Made by a program: the position numbers and the translations under genes
Shown: one piece after another, positions 29,044 through 39,496 of the stretch
Layout of the letters: every line of letters starts with the position of its first letter
Numbering within the stretch: the first letter of the stretch is position 1
Notes under the pieces: model-generated
Database searches by the model: none
The model's input: only the letters and a program-made list of their open reading frames with translations
Told to the model about the DNA's origin: nothing
NCBI GenBank assembly: GCA_044344255.1
Contig: JBIJDH010000002.1
Coordinates: forward strand, 128,001 to 192,000
Reading direction: 5' to 3'
Length of the DNA: 64,000 nt
DNA from: Myxococcota bacterium
Lineage (GTDB): Bacteria > Myxococcota_A > UBA796 > UBA2385

Positions 29044-29652
29044 ATGAGCAGCCCTCGCCTCATCCTCGCCTCCACGAGCCCTTACCGCCAGGGTCTGCTC
29101 GCGGAGCTGGGCCTCGCCTGCCTCGCGGTCGCCCCGCCCGTCGATGAGGCCTCGGTCACCGCGGATGACCCCGTCGAGCTGGCGCGCGCCCGCGCGCTCG
29201 CGAAGGCCCGCAGCGTGGCCGCGGGGGCTCCGGACGCGCTCGTCATCGGCAGCGACCAGGTCGTTCACCTCCGAAGCGCGCCCTTCGGCAAGCCGCATTC
29301 GGACGAGTCGTGGCTTCAGACGCTCCGCTTGTTCCGGGGTGAGTGGCACACCCTCAGCACCGCCGTGGCGTTGGTGGGCCCGGGCGCGGAAGAGGAGGTC
29401 TTTGTCGAGCACAGCCGGGTGCGACTCCGCGCCGACCTCGAAGACGCCGAGCTGCTCGCCTACGTGCGCCTGGGCGAGGCTCGCGGCTGCGCCGGGGGCT
29501 ACATGGTGGAGCGCCGCGGTGCTTGGCTCATCGAAGACGTCGAGGGCGACTGGCAGAACGTGATCGGCCTGCCGATCTTTCCGTTGGTGACCCGCCTGCG
29601 CGCCCGCGGCTGGCGCCTCGGCCCGACCGGCCCGACCCGGGAGCACCCATGA
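29044..29652 (+). CDS. maf: Maf-family nucleotide pyrophosphatase
   Basis: LILASTSPYR, VDE, IGSDQVV, GKP, CAGGY, NVIGLP. Confidence 0.9.
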   Translation: MSSPRLILASTSPYRQGLLAELGLACLAVAPPVDEASVTADDPVELARARALAKARSVAAGAPDALVIGSDQVVHLRSAPFGKPHSDESWLQTLRLFRGEWHTLSTAVALVGPGAEEEVFVEHSRVRLRADLEDAELLAYVRLGEARGCAGGYMVERRGAWLIEDVEGDWQNVIGLPIFPLVTRLRARGWRLGPTGPTREHP

Positions 29653-30719
29653 GCGCCTCCCTGGCCGAGCGCCCGGGCCCGGGGGGGCCTGATGACCCGC
29701 CCGACCTGGAGGAGCTGGCCGCGCTGGTGATAGAGCTCGGCGCGTACGCGGACTGGGAGCGGATGACCGGAGCTCGGCTCATCCCCTGGGAGCCGCCGCT
29801 GCCGCCGAGCGCGCTGCCGGCGAGCGCGCAGCGTCCAATCGCGCCGCCGCCGAGCGCGCAGCGGCCGGTCGCGCCGCCTCCCCCTCGGGCGGCCGCTCCG
29901 CCCGTCGTGCCTCGCCCCGCGCCGCCCCGCGCCGCCCCGCCTGCCCCCCCGCCCCGGCCCGTCGGCCTCGCGGTCCCTCCGCCCCCTCCGCCTCGGCCCC
30001 CCCCCGTCACGGCCGCGCTCGCCCCTTTGGCGCCTGCTCCGTCCCCGCCGGCGCCGGCGGGGCAGCTCACGCTTGGGGCCTGGGGTCAATTTTTGGCGCC
30101 GGTGGCTCCCCGCCCTGAGGCCAGTGAGGCCGACAGCGCCCGCCTGGCTGCCGCCACCTCGCTCGCAGAGGTGAGGGAGATCCTCGGGACTTGTCAGCGC
30201 TGCGGGCTCTGCCAGGGGCGCACCAACATCGTCTACGGGGTCGGCGACCCCGCCGCTTCGCTCTTCGTGATCGGGGAGGGGCCCGGCCAACAGGAGGACC
30301 AGCTCGGGGAGCCCTTTGTCGGGCCGGCTGGTCAAATGCTCGACCGGATGCTCTCCGCGGTGCTGGGGCTGCCGCGCGAGCGGGTTTACATCGCCAACGT
30401 CGTGAAGTGCCGCCCGCCCAACAACCGCAACCCCGAGCCGGAGGAGGTGGCGGCCTGCCTCCCCTTCCTGCACGCTCAGCTGGCGCGGGTCCGGCCCCGC
30501 GTCGTGCTCGTGCTGGGCTCGGTGGCGGTGAAGGCCGTCTTTGAGACGAAGCAAGGGGTGACCGGCCTGCGCGGGGCCTGGCGCACGCTGACCTTCCCCG
30601 GGGGCGAGGCCCGCGCGATGGCCACCTTCCATCCTGCGTACTTGCTCCGGAAGCCCGAAGACAAGCCGCTCACCTTCGCAGACCTCAAGCTGGTCCGAGC
30701 GGCCCTCGACGCCCCTTGA
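29649..30719 (+). CDS. Uracil-DNA glycosylase family 4 with Pro-rich N-terminal linker
   Basis: CxxCxLC, GEGPGQQED, PFVGPAG, NVVKCRPPNNR, TFHPAYLLR; ATGA overlap with maf. Confidence 0.92.
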   Translation: MSASLAERPGPGGPDDPPDLEELAALVIELGAYADWERMTGARLIPWEPPLPPSALPASAQRPIAPPPSAQRPVAPPPPRAAAPPVVPRPAPPRAAPPAPPPRPVGLAVPPPPPPRPPPVTAALAPLAPAPSPPAPAGQLTLGAWGQFLAPVAPRPEASEADSARLAAATSLAEVREILGTCQRCGLCQGRTNIVYGVGDPAASLFVIGEGPGQQEDQLGEPFVGPAGQMLDRMLSAVLGLPRERVYIANVVKCRPPNNRNPEPEEVAACLPFLHAQLARVRPRVVLVLGSVAVKAVFETKQGVTGLRGAWRTLTFPGGEARAMATFHPAYLLRKPEDKPLTFADLKLVRAALDAP

Positions 30720-30737
30720 CGGGGCCCCGTCGGACGC

Positions 30738-32381
30738 TCAGCGGCGAGCCTTGGGCCCGGGGGCCGGCGGCGCGGTCTTGCTGGGGGCGGCCTTTGCCGG
30801 TGCCGGCTTCGGGCTCGAGACCTTCACGCCGCCCAGCAGATCGGCGAAGGTGCCGAGGCTCTCCTTGGCGCGGGGGGCCGGCGCGGCGCCGCGGGGCGCG
30901 GCGGGCTCCCAGTCTTCTGCGACCTGCTTGATCCCGAGCTCAAGGCGCTGGCGCTCGGGGTCCGCCGACAGGATGCGCACCGACACCTTCTGAGAGACGC
31001 TCAGCACCTCGGAGACCGAGCTGATGCGGCGGGGGGCGATGTTCGAGAGGTGGACGAGGCCCTCGAGCCCCGGCGCGAGGCGCACGAAGGCACCAAACTC
31101 GGAGATGCGCACCACGGTGCCCTCGTAGACCTCGCCGGGCAGGAAGTCCTGACCCACCCGGCTCCAGGGCCCGACCGCGTGGTCCTTTAGCGAGAGCGTG
31201 AGCTTGCGGTTGGTGGTGTCGACGTCGAGCACACGAACGACCACCCGGGTTCCGACCGGGGGGGCCTCGACCTGGTCGTCCCAGCCGACCTCGCGCTTGG
31301 GCACGAGGCCGCGGAGGCCGCCGACGTCGACGAAGAGGCCGAAGTCCTTGACCCCGGTGACGACGCCGTCCTTGGCGTCCCCCGGCTTGATCTCTGACCA
31401 GAGGCGCTCGGCGTCCTCCTGGGCCTGCTCGTTGACGATCGCGCGGTGGGACACCACCACGTCTCGATCGCGGACCTCCATCACGCGGAAGGCCAGGGTG
31501 CGGCCGACGTAGGCGTCGAGATCGGCCTCTGGGGCGCGATCGATCTGGGAGACCGGGCAGAAGGCTCGCACCGTGCCGATGCGGACCGTGAAGCCGCCGG
31601 AGTTACGAGACTCCACCCGCCCCTCGATGGGGACGCCGGTCTCCTGGGCCTGATCGAGCACGTCGCGGGCGGCGTTCCCGGTGAGGCGGCGGGCGAGGCG
31701 AATGCCCCGCTCGTCTACGCTCAGCACATAGCTTTGAATGAGGGAGCCGACCTCGGGGAGCTCGTCGACCATCTCGGCGGGATCGATGATCCCCTCCGCC
31801 TTGGCGCCGAGATCGACGAAGATGCCGTCGGTGCCGACTCGGACGACGCGCCCCTCGATGCGGTCGCCCTGTTGGGGGCGGTTGGGCGTCCCGGCGCGGA
31901 GCAGGGCGGCGAAGTCGTCCTCGCTGAGCTGGTCGAGCTCGGCCATCAAGGCGTCGGCGTCCATGCGGGGGCCGGGCGGCGGGCGCACGGCGGGGCGTGC
32001 GGCGGTGACCGGCGCTGAGGGGCCGCCGCCCGCCATGCTCTCGGCGAGGATGGCCTGCTCAGCGCTCTCGGCGGGGGCCTCGCCCTCTCGACGACGGCGA
32101 AGGGCTCGCCCGTCCCGCTCGCTTCGCAGCGAAGTGGACGGGCGGCTGCGGGCAGGCTCGGCGTTCGGCGCGGCGCTCGGCGCGGGTTGTTCACCGGAGG
32201 GCGTGGCGTTGGGGTCGGCGTGCCAACGGTCGGCCTGCTTCCGGTTCGAATTCTGCGGGTTTGTGTTCTCGGAATTCGCGGGCCGAGGGTTCGAGCTCTG
32301 GGAGCCTGAGCTCTGGGAGCCCGAGCTCCGAGACTCCGGCCTCCCTGACTCAACCTTGCTGCCACGGGACGATGCGCTCAC
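30738..32381 (-). CDS. Multi-S1-domain RNA-binding protein (ribosomal protein S1-like) with disordered N-terminus
   Basis: Four S1 repeats (FVDLGAKAEG, RAFCPVSQI, DFGLFVDVGGLRGLV, FGAFVRLAPGLEGLVHLS). Confidence 0.85.
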   Translation of the reverse strand: MSASSRGSKVESGRPESRSSGSQSSGSQSSNPRPANSENTNPQNSNRKQADRWHADPNATPSGEQPAPSAAPNAEPARSRPSTSLRSERDGRALRRRREGEAPAESAEQAILAESMAGGGPSAPVTAARPAVRPPPGPRMDADALMAELDQLSEDDFAALLRAGTPNRPQQGDRIEGRVVRVGTDGIFVDLGAKAEGIIDPAEMVDELPEVGSLIQSYVLSVDERGIRLARRLTGNAARDVLDQAQETGVPIEGRVESRNSGGFTVRIGTVRAFCPVSQIDRAPEADLDAYVGRTLAFRVMEVRDRDVVVSHRAIVNEQAQEDAERLWSEIKPGDAKDGVVTGVKDFGLFVDVGGLRGLVPKREVGWDDQVEAPPVGTRVVVRVLDVDTTNRKLTLSLKDHAVGPWSRVGQDFLPGEVYEGTVVRISEFGAFVRLAPGLEGLVHLSNIAPRRISSVSEVLSVSQKVSVRILSADPERQRLELGIKQVAEDWEPAAPRGAAPAPRAKESLGTFADLLGGVKVSSPKPAPAKAAPSKTAPPAPGPKARR

Positions 32382-32505
32382 GGGGATCTCCTGACGGGCG
32401 GCCCCGGTAACCGGTCCCGGCGGCGGGCGAGGCAGGCCGGAATTGTCAGCAGTGTAGGGCTGACCTGTTTCGGGCTGGGCAAGGTCGTTGGGAGGTCTTA
32501 TCAGT

Positions 32506-32535
32506 GCAGGGTGCGAAATTGATTTCGCACCCTGC
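32506..32535. promoter_or_regulatory. Perfect 14-bp inverted repeat (operator-like) between divergent genes
   Basis: GCAGGGTGCGAAAT-TG-ATTTCGCACCCTGC. Confidence 0.6.
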
Positions 32536-32601
32536 GTAGGGGATGACCCGGTCCCTCGTCAGCGGGAGCCGCTCGGTGGCGCTCGGGAACAGGAAGGTCG
32601 C

Positions 32602-32772
32602 ATGTTGGTGCTCACGCAGAAGGAAGGCGAGGTCCTCCAAGTGGGGCCGGATGTCCGGATCCTCATCAAGCGAGTGAAGGGCAACTGGGTGCGCCTGTGT
32701 ATCGAGGCGCCGCGGGACGTCGTCCTGCAGCGTCACGCCGCTCCAGAGCCAGAGGTGGTGTACCAGCGTTAG
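32602..32772 (+). CDS. csrA: CsrA/RsmA-family carbon storage regulator-like protein
   Basis: MLVLTQKEGEVLQVGPDVRILIKRVKGNWVRLCIEAPRDVVLQR matches the CsrA pattern; SD-like AGGAAGG upstream. Confidence 0.75.
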   Translation: MLVLTQKEGEVLQVGPDVRILIKRVKGNWVRLCIEAPRDVVLQRHAAPEPEVVYQR

Positions 32773-32816
32773 TCGAGCGGCTCCGCCGGGCCAGCCCGGC
32801 GCGGTCGGGAGGAGCG

Positions 32817-33920
32817 GTGTCCGCGGAGCACGACGAACGATTGGCGCCCTACGACTACGCTCTCCCCGAGGCGCTGGTCGCGCGGTACCCAGCTCCGCGG
32901 CGGGAGGACGCTCGGCTGATGGTCCTCCGCGGCGGCCGGCGTTCGCCTTGCGAGCCCGCTGAGCATCGGCGGGTCTTCGATCTCCCGGGCCTCCTCCTCC
33001 CCGGTGACCTCCTCGTCGTCAATGACACGAGGGTGCTCCCGGCCCGCCTCGGCGCGCGGCGGCGTTCAGGGGGGAGCGTCGAGCTCTTCGTCCTGGAGCC
33101 ACACGGGGCGGTGGCTCGCTGTCTCCTCCGACCCGGGCGTCGTCTCTCCGCGGGAGAGCGGCTGAAGCTCGAGCGGGCAGAGGGAGGTGCGGTCGAGGGC
33201 CCGTCGGCCGAGGGCGGAGCCGCCTCGGTCGAGCGTTGGGTCGAGCTGCTCTCCCTTCATGAGGACGGGAGCTGGGATGTGGCCTTTGACCGCCCCGTCA
33301 GCGAGGTCATGGAGGAGCTCGGGGCGATGCCGCTGCCGCCCTACCTCGGCCGACCGGCCGAGCGGCTGGACCGGGACCGCTATCAGACGGTGTACGCCGG
33401 TCCGAGCGGCGCGGTGGCGGCTCCGACGGCAGGGCTCCACCTGTCCGCCGAGGTGCTCGCAGCCCTACACGCCCGCGGCGTCGCGCTGGCGCGGGTGACT
33501 TTGCACGTGGGTGCGGGCACCTTTCGAAACCTCCGGCCGGCGGACCTCGACGCGGGCGAGCTGCACCCCGAACGATGGTCGATCCCCGTCGAGACCGCGG
33601 CCGCCATCACCACCGCCCAGGCGCGGGGCGGCCGGGTGGTCGCGGTGGGCACGACGACCACCCGGACGTTGGAGAGCGCGGCCGACGAGCGCGGCCGGAT
33701 CGAGGCCGGCGAAGGGGAGACTCGGATCTTCATTCGAGAGGGGCACCGCTTTCGGGTTGTGGGCGGGCTGCTCACCAACCTCCACCTCCCCAAGAGCTCG
33801 TTGTTGATGTTGGTGGCGGCCTTCGCGGGCCGAGCGCGGGTGATGGGTGCCTATGGGGTAGCGGTGGAGGAGGGGTATCGGTTCTTTAGCTACGGAGACG
33901 CCATGCTCCTCCTGCCCTGA
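32817..33920 (+). CDS. queA: S-adenosylmethionine:tRNA ribosyltransferase-isomerase
   Basis: YDYALPEALVA, PLPPY, YQTVYA, AVAAPTAGLH, VGTTTTRTLES, YRFFSYGDAML. Confidence 0.95.
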   Translation: MSAEHDERLAPYDYALPEALVARYPAPRREDARLMVLRGGRRSPCEPAEHRRVFDLPGLLLPGDLLVVNDTRVLPARLGARRRSGGSVELFVLEPHGAVARCLLRPGRRLSAGERLKLERAEGGAVEGPSAEGGAASVERWVELLSLHEDGSWDVAFDRPVSEVMEELGAMPLPPYLGRPAERLDRDRYQTVYAGPSGAVAAPTAGLHLSAEVLAALHARGVALARVTLHVGAGTFRNLRPADLDAGELHPERWSIPVETAAAITTAQARGGRVVAVGTTTTRTLESAADERGRIEAGEGETRIFIREGHRFRVVGGLLTNLHLPKSSLLMLVAAFAGRARVMGAYGVAVEEGYRFFSYGDAMLLLP

Positions 33921-35117
<1,197 letters not shown>

Positions 35118-35154
35118 AGGTCTGATCGAAGCGGCGCCTCAGGCCGGAGACATC

Positions 35155-35505
35155 ATGGAGAGCATCGCCCAAGCCCAGACCACCGAGACCACGGGGGCGT
35201 CCGCCGACGCGCCTGCGGGTGGACCCATGTCCAACCCGCTGGTCATGGTCCCCTTGATGATCCTCATCTTCTACTTCTTCATCATCCGTCCCCAGCGGAC
35301 GGAGCAGAAGCAGCACGAGACGATGATCGCCGGCCTCCAGAAGGGTGACCGGGTGGCGACCTCGAGTGGCCTTCATGGGCGGATCCACGAGGTGAAGGAC
35401 GGAGAGGTCCACCTCGACATCGCCGAGAAGGTGCGGGTCACGATGGACAAGGCGGCGATCAAGCGCAAGCTGCCGGCGGCCCTCTCTGACAACAAGGAGG
35501 GTTGA
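35155..35505 (+). CDS. yajC: Preprotein translocase subunit YajC
   Basis: 'IFYFFIIRPQ...LQKGDRVATSSGLHG'; synteny with tgt and secD. Confidence 0.93.
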   Translation: MESIAQAQTTETTGASADAPAGGPMSNPLVMVPLMILIFYFFIIRPQRTEQKQHETMIAGLQKGDRVATSSGLHGRIHEVKDGEVHLDIAEKVRVTMDKAAIKRKLPAALSDNKEG

Positions 35506-35508
35506 ACC

Positions 35509-37302
35509 ATGTCCGGCAGCTGGTGGACACGGGCGATGATCACGCTCCTCGCCTTCCTCTGGTCGATCTGGACCCTCGTCCCGAGCTTCCTCGACCAGTC
35601 CGCGATGGACCGCTTCAACGATCAGGCCGCTCAGGCAGAGGCCGCCGCGTCCGGACAGGACGCCGCCGCAGCCGCCGAGGTGCCTTGGTGGTTCCCCTAC
35701 ATGTCGAAGGCCCGCATCACCTTCGGCCTCGACCTGCAGGGCGGGATCGACCTCACCCTGAACGTGGACGTGGACGAGGCGCTGGCCTCGAGCGTGCAGC
35801 GCGACATCAAGCCCATCCTCGACACCGCGGAGAAGGAGGGGGTCCGCTTGGCCGAGGTGACTCGCGCCCGCGGTGAGCCCACCCTGCTGATCCTGCCCGG
35901 GGAGGGCACCACGCTCGTCGGCATCCAGGACCTGCTGAAGAAGCAGTACTCCGGCTACGAGTACGTCGAGACCCGCTCTTTGGATGGGAAGGATCGTTTT
36001 GCCTTCACCGTGACCTCCGAGCAGGCCGCTATCGTGAAGAAGCGGGCCGTCGAGCAGGCTCGCGAGACCCTGATGAACCGCATCGACGAGACCGGCGTAA
36101 AAGAGCCGAGCATCGTCCTCCGGGGTGAGAGCCAGATCAACGTCCAGCTTCCGGGCATCGACAACATCGAGCAGGCGACGCAGGCCATCGGGCAAGCCGC
36201 GGTCCTCGAGTTCATGCTGGTCGATGAAGACGTGATGCGCGGCGCCAACATCGGGCGCATCGTTCAGTCGGCGAAGGACAAGGCCCCCCCGGAGGCCGCC
36301 GCGGACGATGACCTGCTGACCGAGTGGCTGGTCGGACAGGGCCTCATCCCCGCGACCGACCGGGTGCTGTTCGAGTACGTCGAGCAGGTCGTGGACGGCA
36401 AGAAGATCAAGGTGCGGGACTGGGAGCAGGGCGTTTACGTCGTCAAGAGCGACGTCATCCTCACCGGCGACGACATCAACAACGCGCAAGTCGGCTGGAA
36501 TCAATACAACGAGCCCTACGTGTCGCTCGACTTCAAGCCGCGCGGCTCCCAGGTCTTCTGCGATGTCACCACCGAGAATGTGCGTCGGCGCTTCGCCATT
36601 GTCCTCGATGGTCAGGTCCGTTCGGCCCCGAACATCCGCGAGAAGATCTGCGGGGGGCGCGCCAGCATCGAGATGGGCACGCAAGACGCGCAGGCGTCGA
36701 TGAAGGAGGCTCAGGTCCTCTCCCTGGTGTTGCGCACCGGCGCCTTGCCGGCCCCCGTCCAGATCGGTCAGATCCAGGTGGTGGGCGCGAGCCTGGGCGC
36801 TGACGCGGTCCGCTCCGGCGTGCTCGCGGCGGCCTTCGGTTCGGCCATCGTCGTCTTCTACATGATCTTCTACTACCGGCTCTCGGGTGTGCTCTCGGTC
36901 GTCGCGCTGACGCTCAACGTGTTGATGAACATGGCCTTGCTGGCGATGGCCGGCGCGACCTTGACGCTCCCCGGGTTCTGCGGGATCGCGCTCACCGTCG
37001 CGATGGCGGTCGATTGCAACATCATCATCTACGAGCGGATCCGCGAGGAGATGCGAATCGGCAAGAACTCACGGGCCGCCGCTGACACCGGCTTTGACCG
37101 CGCGCTCTGGGCCATCCTCGACGGCCACATCACGATGTTCATCTCGGGTGTGGTGCTCTACACTTACGGCTCCGGTCCCATCAAGGGCTTTGCCGTGACG
37201 CTCATGATCGGCATCGTCACTACTTTGTTCACGGGCGTGATGTCTTCACGCGTGTTGATGGAGTGGGTGACCCGCCGGTCCACTGGCCGTCTCTCCATCT
37301 GA
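35509..37302 (+). CDS. secD: Protein translocase subunit SecD
   Basis: GLDLQGG, RIDETGVKEP, LRTGALPAP, MAVDCNIIIYERIREE. Confidence 0.96.
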   Translation: MSGSWWTRAMITLLAFLWSIWTLVPSFLDQSAMDRFNDQAAQAEAAASGQDAAAAAEVPWWFPYMSKARITFGLDLQGGIDLTLNVDVDEALASSVQRDIKPILDTAEKEGVRLAEVTRARGEPTLLILPGEGTTLVGIQDLLKKQYSGYEYVETRSLDGKDRFAFTVTSEQAAIVKKRAVEQARETLMNRIDETGVKEPSIVLRGESQINVQLPGIDNIEQATQAIGQAAVLEFMLVDEDVMRGANIGRIVQSAKDKAPPEAAADDDLLTEWLVGQGLIPATDRVLFEYVEQVVDGKKIKVRDWEQGVYVVKSDVILTGDDINNAQVGWNQYNEPYVSLDFKPRGSQVFCDVTTENVRRRFAIVLDGQVRSAPNIREKICGGRASIEMGTQDAQASMKEAQVLSLVLRTGALPAPVQIGQIQVVGASLGADAVRSGVLAAAFGSAIVVFYMIFYYRLSGVLSVVALTLNVLMNMALLAMAGATLTLPGFCGIALTVAMAVDCNIIIYERIREEMRIGKNSRAAADTGFDRALWAILDGHITMFISGVVLYTYGSGPIKGFAVTLMIGIVTTLFTGVMSSRVLMEWVTRRSTGRLSI

Positions 37303-37328
37303 AGTACGGTAGACACGGAGCTCTTGTC

Positions 37329-38573
37329 ATGATCGAAATGATCAAGCCCGGCACCCAGATTGACTTCGTCGGCTGGCGGCGGTTCTGGGCCATCTTCTCC
37401 TTTGTCGCCGTGATCTTTGGTCTCTCGCTCTTCATCTTCAAGGGGCCGCGCTGGAGCATCGAGTTCACCGGTGGCACCGAGGTCCAGCTGGACTTCGATT
37501 CGGCGATCGAGATCGGTGAGTTCAGAGACTCGCTCGAGACCCTGGGAATCTCCTCGGACTCCATTCAGCAGGTCGGTAAGGATGAGGATGGCGTCTACGT
37601 CGTCCGCATCCAGGACCCCACCTTCGGCACCGAGGCGCTTCGTCAGCAGGTCGAGTCGGCCCTGAAGGCCAAGTTCGGCGACACCTGGATTCAAGACGTT
37701 GTCTTCGACGCCCAGGTGGGCGCCCGGATGACCATCCGCTACGCCGGTGATCGTGTGAAGGTCGAGGACGTCGCGGCGGCGGTGGCGTCGGTGCCGAACG
37801 CCTCTGTTCAGGACGCGCCGGACGACAACACCGTCTACGTGAAGCTCGGCGGGCTGGCCTCGGAGATCGAGCGCACCATCCGCGGCTCGCTCACCGGTCA
37901 TGAGTTCAAGGTCACCGCCGTGAACTCGGTGGGCCCGAAGGTCGGTGGAGATCTGCGCACGAAGGGAATCTTCTCGATCGCGATCACCATCCTCCTCATC
38001 GTGGTCTACATCGCGTTCCGCTTTGAGCTGGCGTATGCGCCGGGGGCCATCTTGTGCCTCGTGCACGACGTCGCGCTCACGGTCGGCGTGTTCATCGTGC
38101 TCGACAAGGAGTTCAACACCTCCTTCATCGCGGCCTTGCTGACGATCATCGGGTACTCGCTGAACGACACGATCGTCATCTACGACCGAATCCGGGAGAA
38201 CTCCCGTCGGTACCGCCGGAAGGATCTCGGCCAGCTCATCAATGATTCGATCAATGAGACCCTGACCCGCACGATCTCCACCTCGCTCGTGACCGTGTTG
38301 GCGATGCTCGCCTTCCTCTTCGAGGGTGGCCAGGTCATCCAGGACTTCGCGCTCGCTATCACCCTCGGCGTCTTCTTCGGCACCTACTCCACCATCTACG
38401 TCGCCACGCCGACCGTGCTCCTCCTCCAGGAGTACAAGCCCTTGTTGGACAAGTGGTTCGGCTTCGCCAAGGTGGCGCCCGAGGTCGCGACCGCTGGGGC
38501 GGGGGCAGCCGGCGGGCGTCGGCGAAGGGAGTCTGCGGAGCCTGAGCTGGGCGCAGATGGTGAGGAGCCCTGA
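37329..38573 (+). CDS. secF: Protein translocase subunit SecF
   Basis: IEFTGG, SVGPKVG, GYSLNDTIVIYDRIRE. Confidence 0.96.
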   Translation: MIEMIKPGTQIDFVGWRRFWAIFSFVAVIFGLSLFIFKGPRWSIEFTGGTEVQLDFDSAIEIGEFRDSLETLGISSDSIQQVGKDEDGVYVVRIQDPTFGTEALRQQVESALKAKFGDTWIQDVVFDAQVGARMTIRYAGDRVKVEDVAAAVASVPNASVQDAPDDNTVYVKLGGLASEIERTIRGSLTGHEFKVTAVNSVGPKVGGDLRTKGIFSIAITILLIVVYIAFRFELAYAPGAILCLVHDVALTVGVFIVLDKEFNTSFIAALLTIIGYSLNDTIVIYDRIRENSRRYRRKDLGQLINDSINETLTRTISTSLVTVLAMLAFLFEGGQVIQDFALAITLGVFFGTYSTIYVATPTVLLLQEYKPLLDKWFGFAKVAPEVATAGAGAAGGRRRRESAEPELGADGEEP

Positions 38574-38588
38574 GGGGGAGGAGGTTCG

Positions 38589-38897
38589 ATGACGCGGTCT
38601 GAGCTGGTGGAGAGCCTGTCGAACCACCTGGTCCAGCCGACCTCGACGGTCGAGGCCGTGGTGGACACGGTCTTCGCCCAGATGCGAGAGGCGCTCGTTG
38701 AGGGCGGTCGGGTGGAGATCCGCGGCTTCGGCTCCTTTCAGACCAAGGACTACCCCGCCTATCGGGGGAGGAACCCGCGGACCGGCCGCCCCCTGGATGT
38801 CGCGGAGAAGCGGCTCCCCGTCTTTCGGGCGGGCAAGGAGCTTCGGGAGCGCCTCGAGCAGGAGCCCCTCTCGCCGATGACGGAGCCGAACCCATGA
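38589..38897 (+). CDS. ihfB: Integration host factor beta / HU-family DNA-binding protein
   Basis: MTRSELV, RVEIRGFGSF, GRNPRTG, FRAGKELRER. Confidence 0.8.
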   Translation: MTRSELVESLSNHLVQPTSTVEAVVDTVFAQMREALVEGGRVEIRGFGSFQTKDYPAYRGRNPRTGRPLDVAEKRLPVFRAGKELRERLEQEPLSPMTEPNP

Positions 38898-39469
38898 GCC
38901 GCCGACGAACAGGTGGGCTCCTCGTCTCCGGCGCCCTCGCTGGCCTCCTCTGGAGCCCTGCCGGTGTGGCCGCGACCTACCTCAACGGTGTTCGGGCCGA
39001 TGGCCTGAGCAACCTGGAGCTCAAGGACGTCGACGTCCGGGTGGACAAGGATGGCAACATCTGGATCGACGCTCCCCAATACAAGGTGGAGGTGGAAGCC
39101 GGCTCCGGCAGCCGCCGCGCTGATCCCCCGGTTGCGGCGGGTCGATATTGGATCGTGAGCGAAGATGTGGGCTCGTCGGGGCAGGCCATCGAGGTGCTGA
39201 TCAACGGCGGCCTCGTGCGGGTGTTCCGATCGGGGGAGGCGCAGCTCGTCCTCGATCTGGCGCCGTACCTCAAACATGGCCTCAACACCGTGCTCTTCGT
39301 GCCCCGCGCCGATGCCGCCGGAGCCGCGGGCTCGGTCTTCCTCCACGTGGGCACCGGCACCAGCCAGGCCGGCACCCTGCTCCTGGATCAGGCGCTGATT
39401 CGGTTCTCCCGTCGGGCCGACGCGCCCCCGGGTTCGGCCAACCAGTCCTTTGAGCTCCAGGTCCCTTAG
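38894..39469 (+). CDS. Secreted hypothetical protein (beta-rich)
   Basis: Signal peptide ending 'AGVAA'; ATGA overlap with the upstream gene. Confidence 0.65.
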   Translation: MSRRRTGGLLVSGALAGLLWSPAGVAATYLNGVRADGLSNLELKDVDVRVDKDGNIWIDAPQYKVEVEAGSGSRRADPPVAAGRYWIVSEDVGSSGQAIEVLINGGLVRVFRSGEAQLVLDLAPYLKHGLNTVLFVPRADAAGAAGSVFLHVGTGTSQAGTLLLDQALIRFSRRADAPPGSANQSFELQVP

Positions 39470-39496
39470 GCAACCGCACCCGCGAGAGGCCCCACC

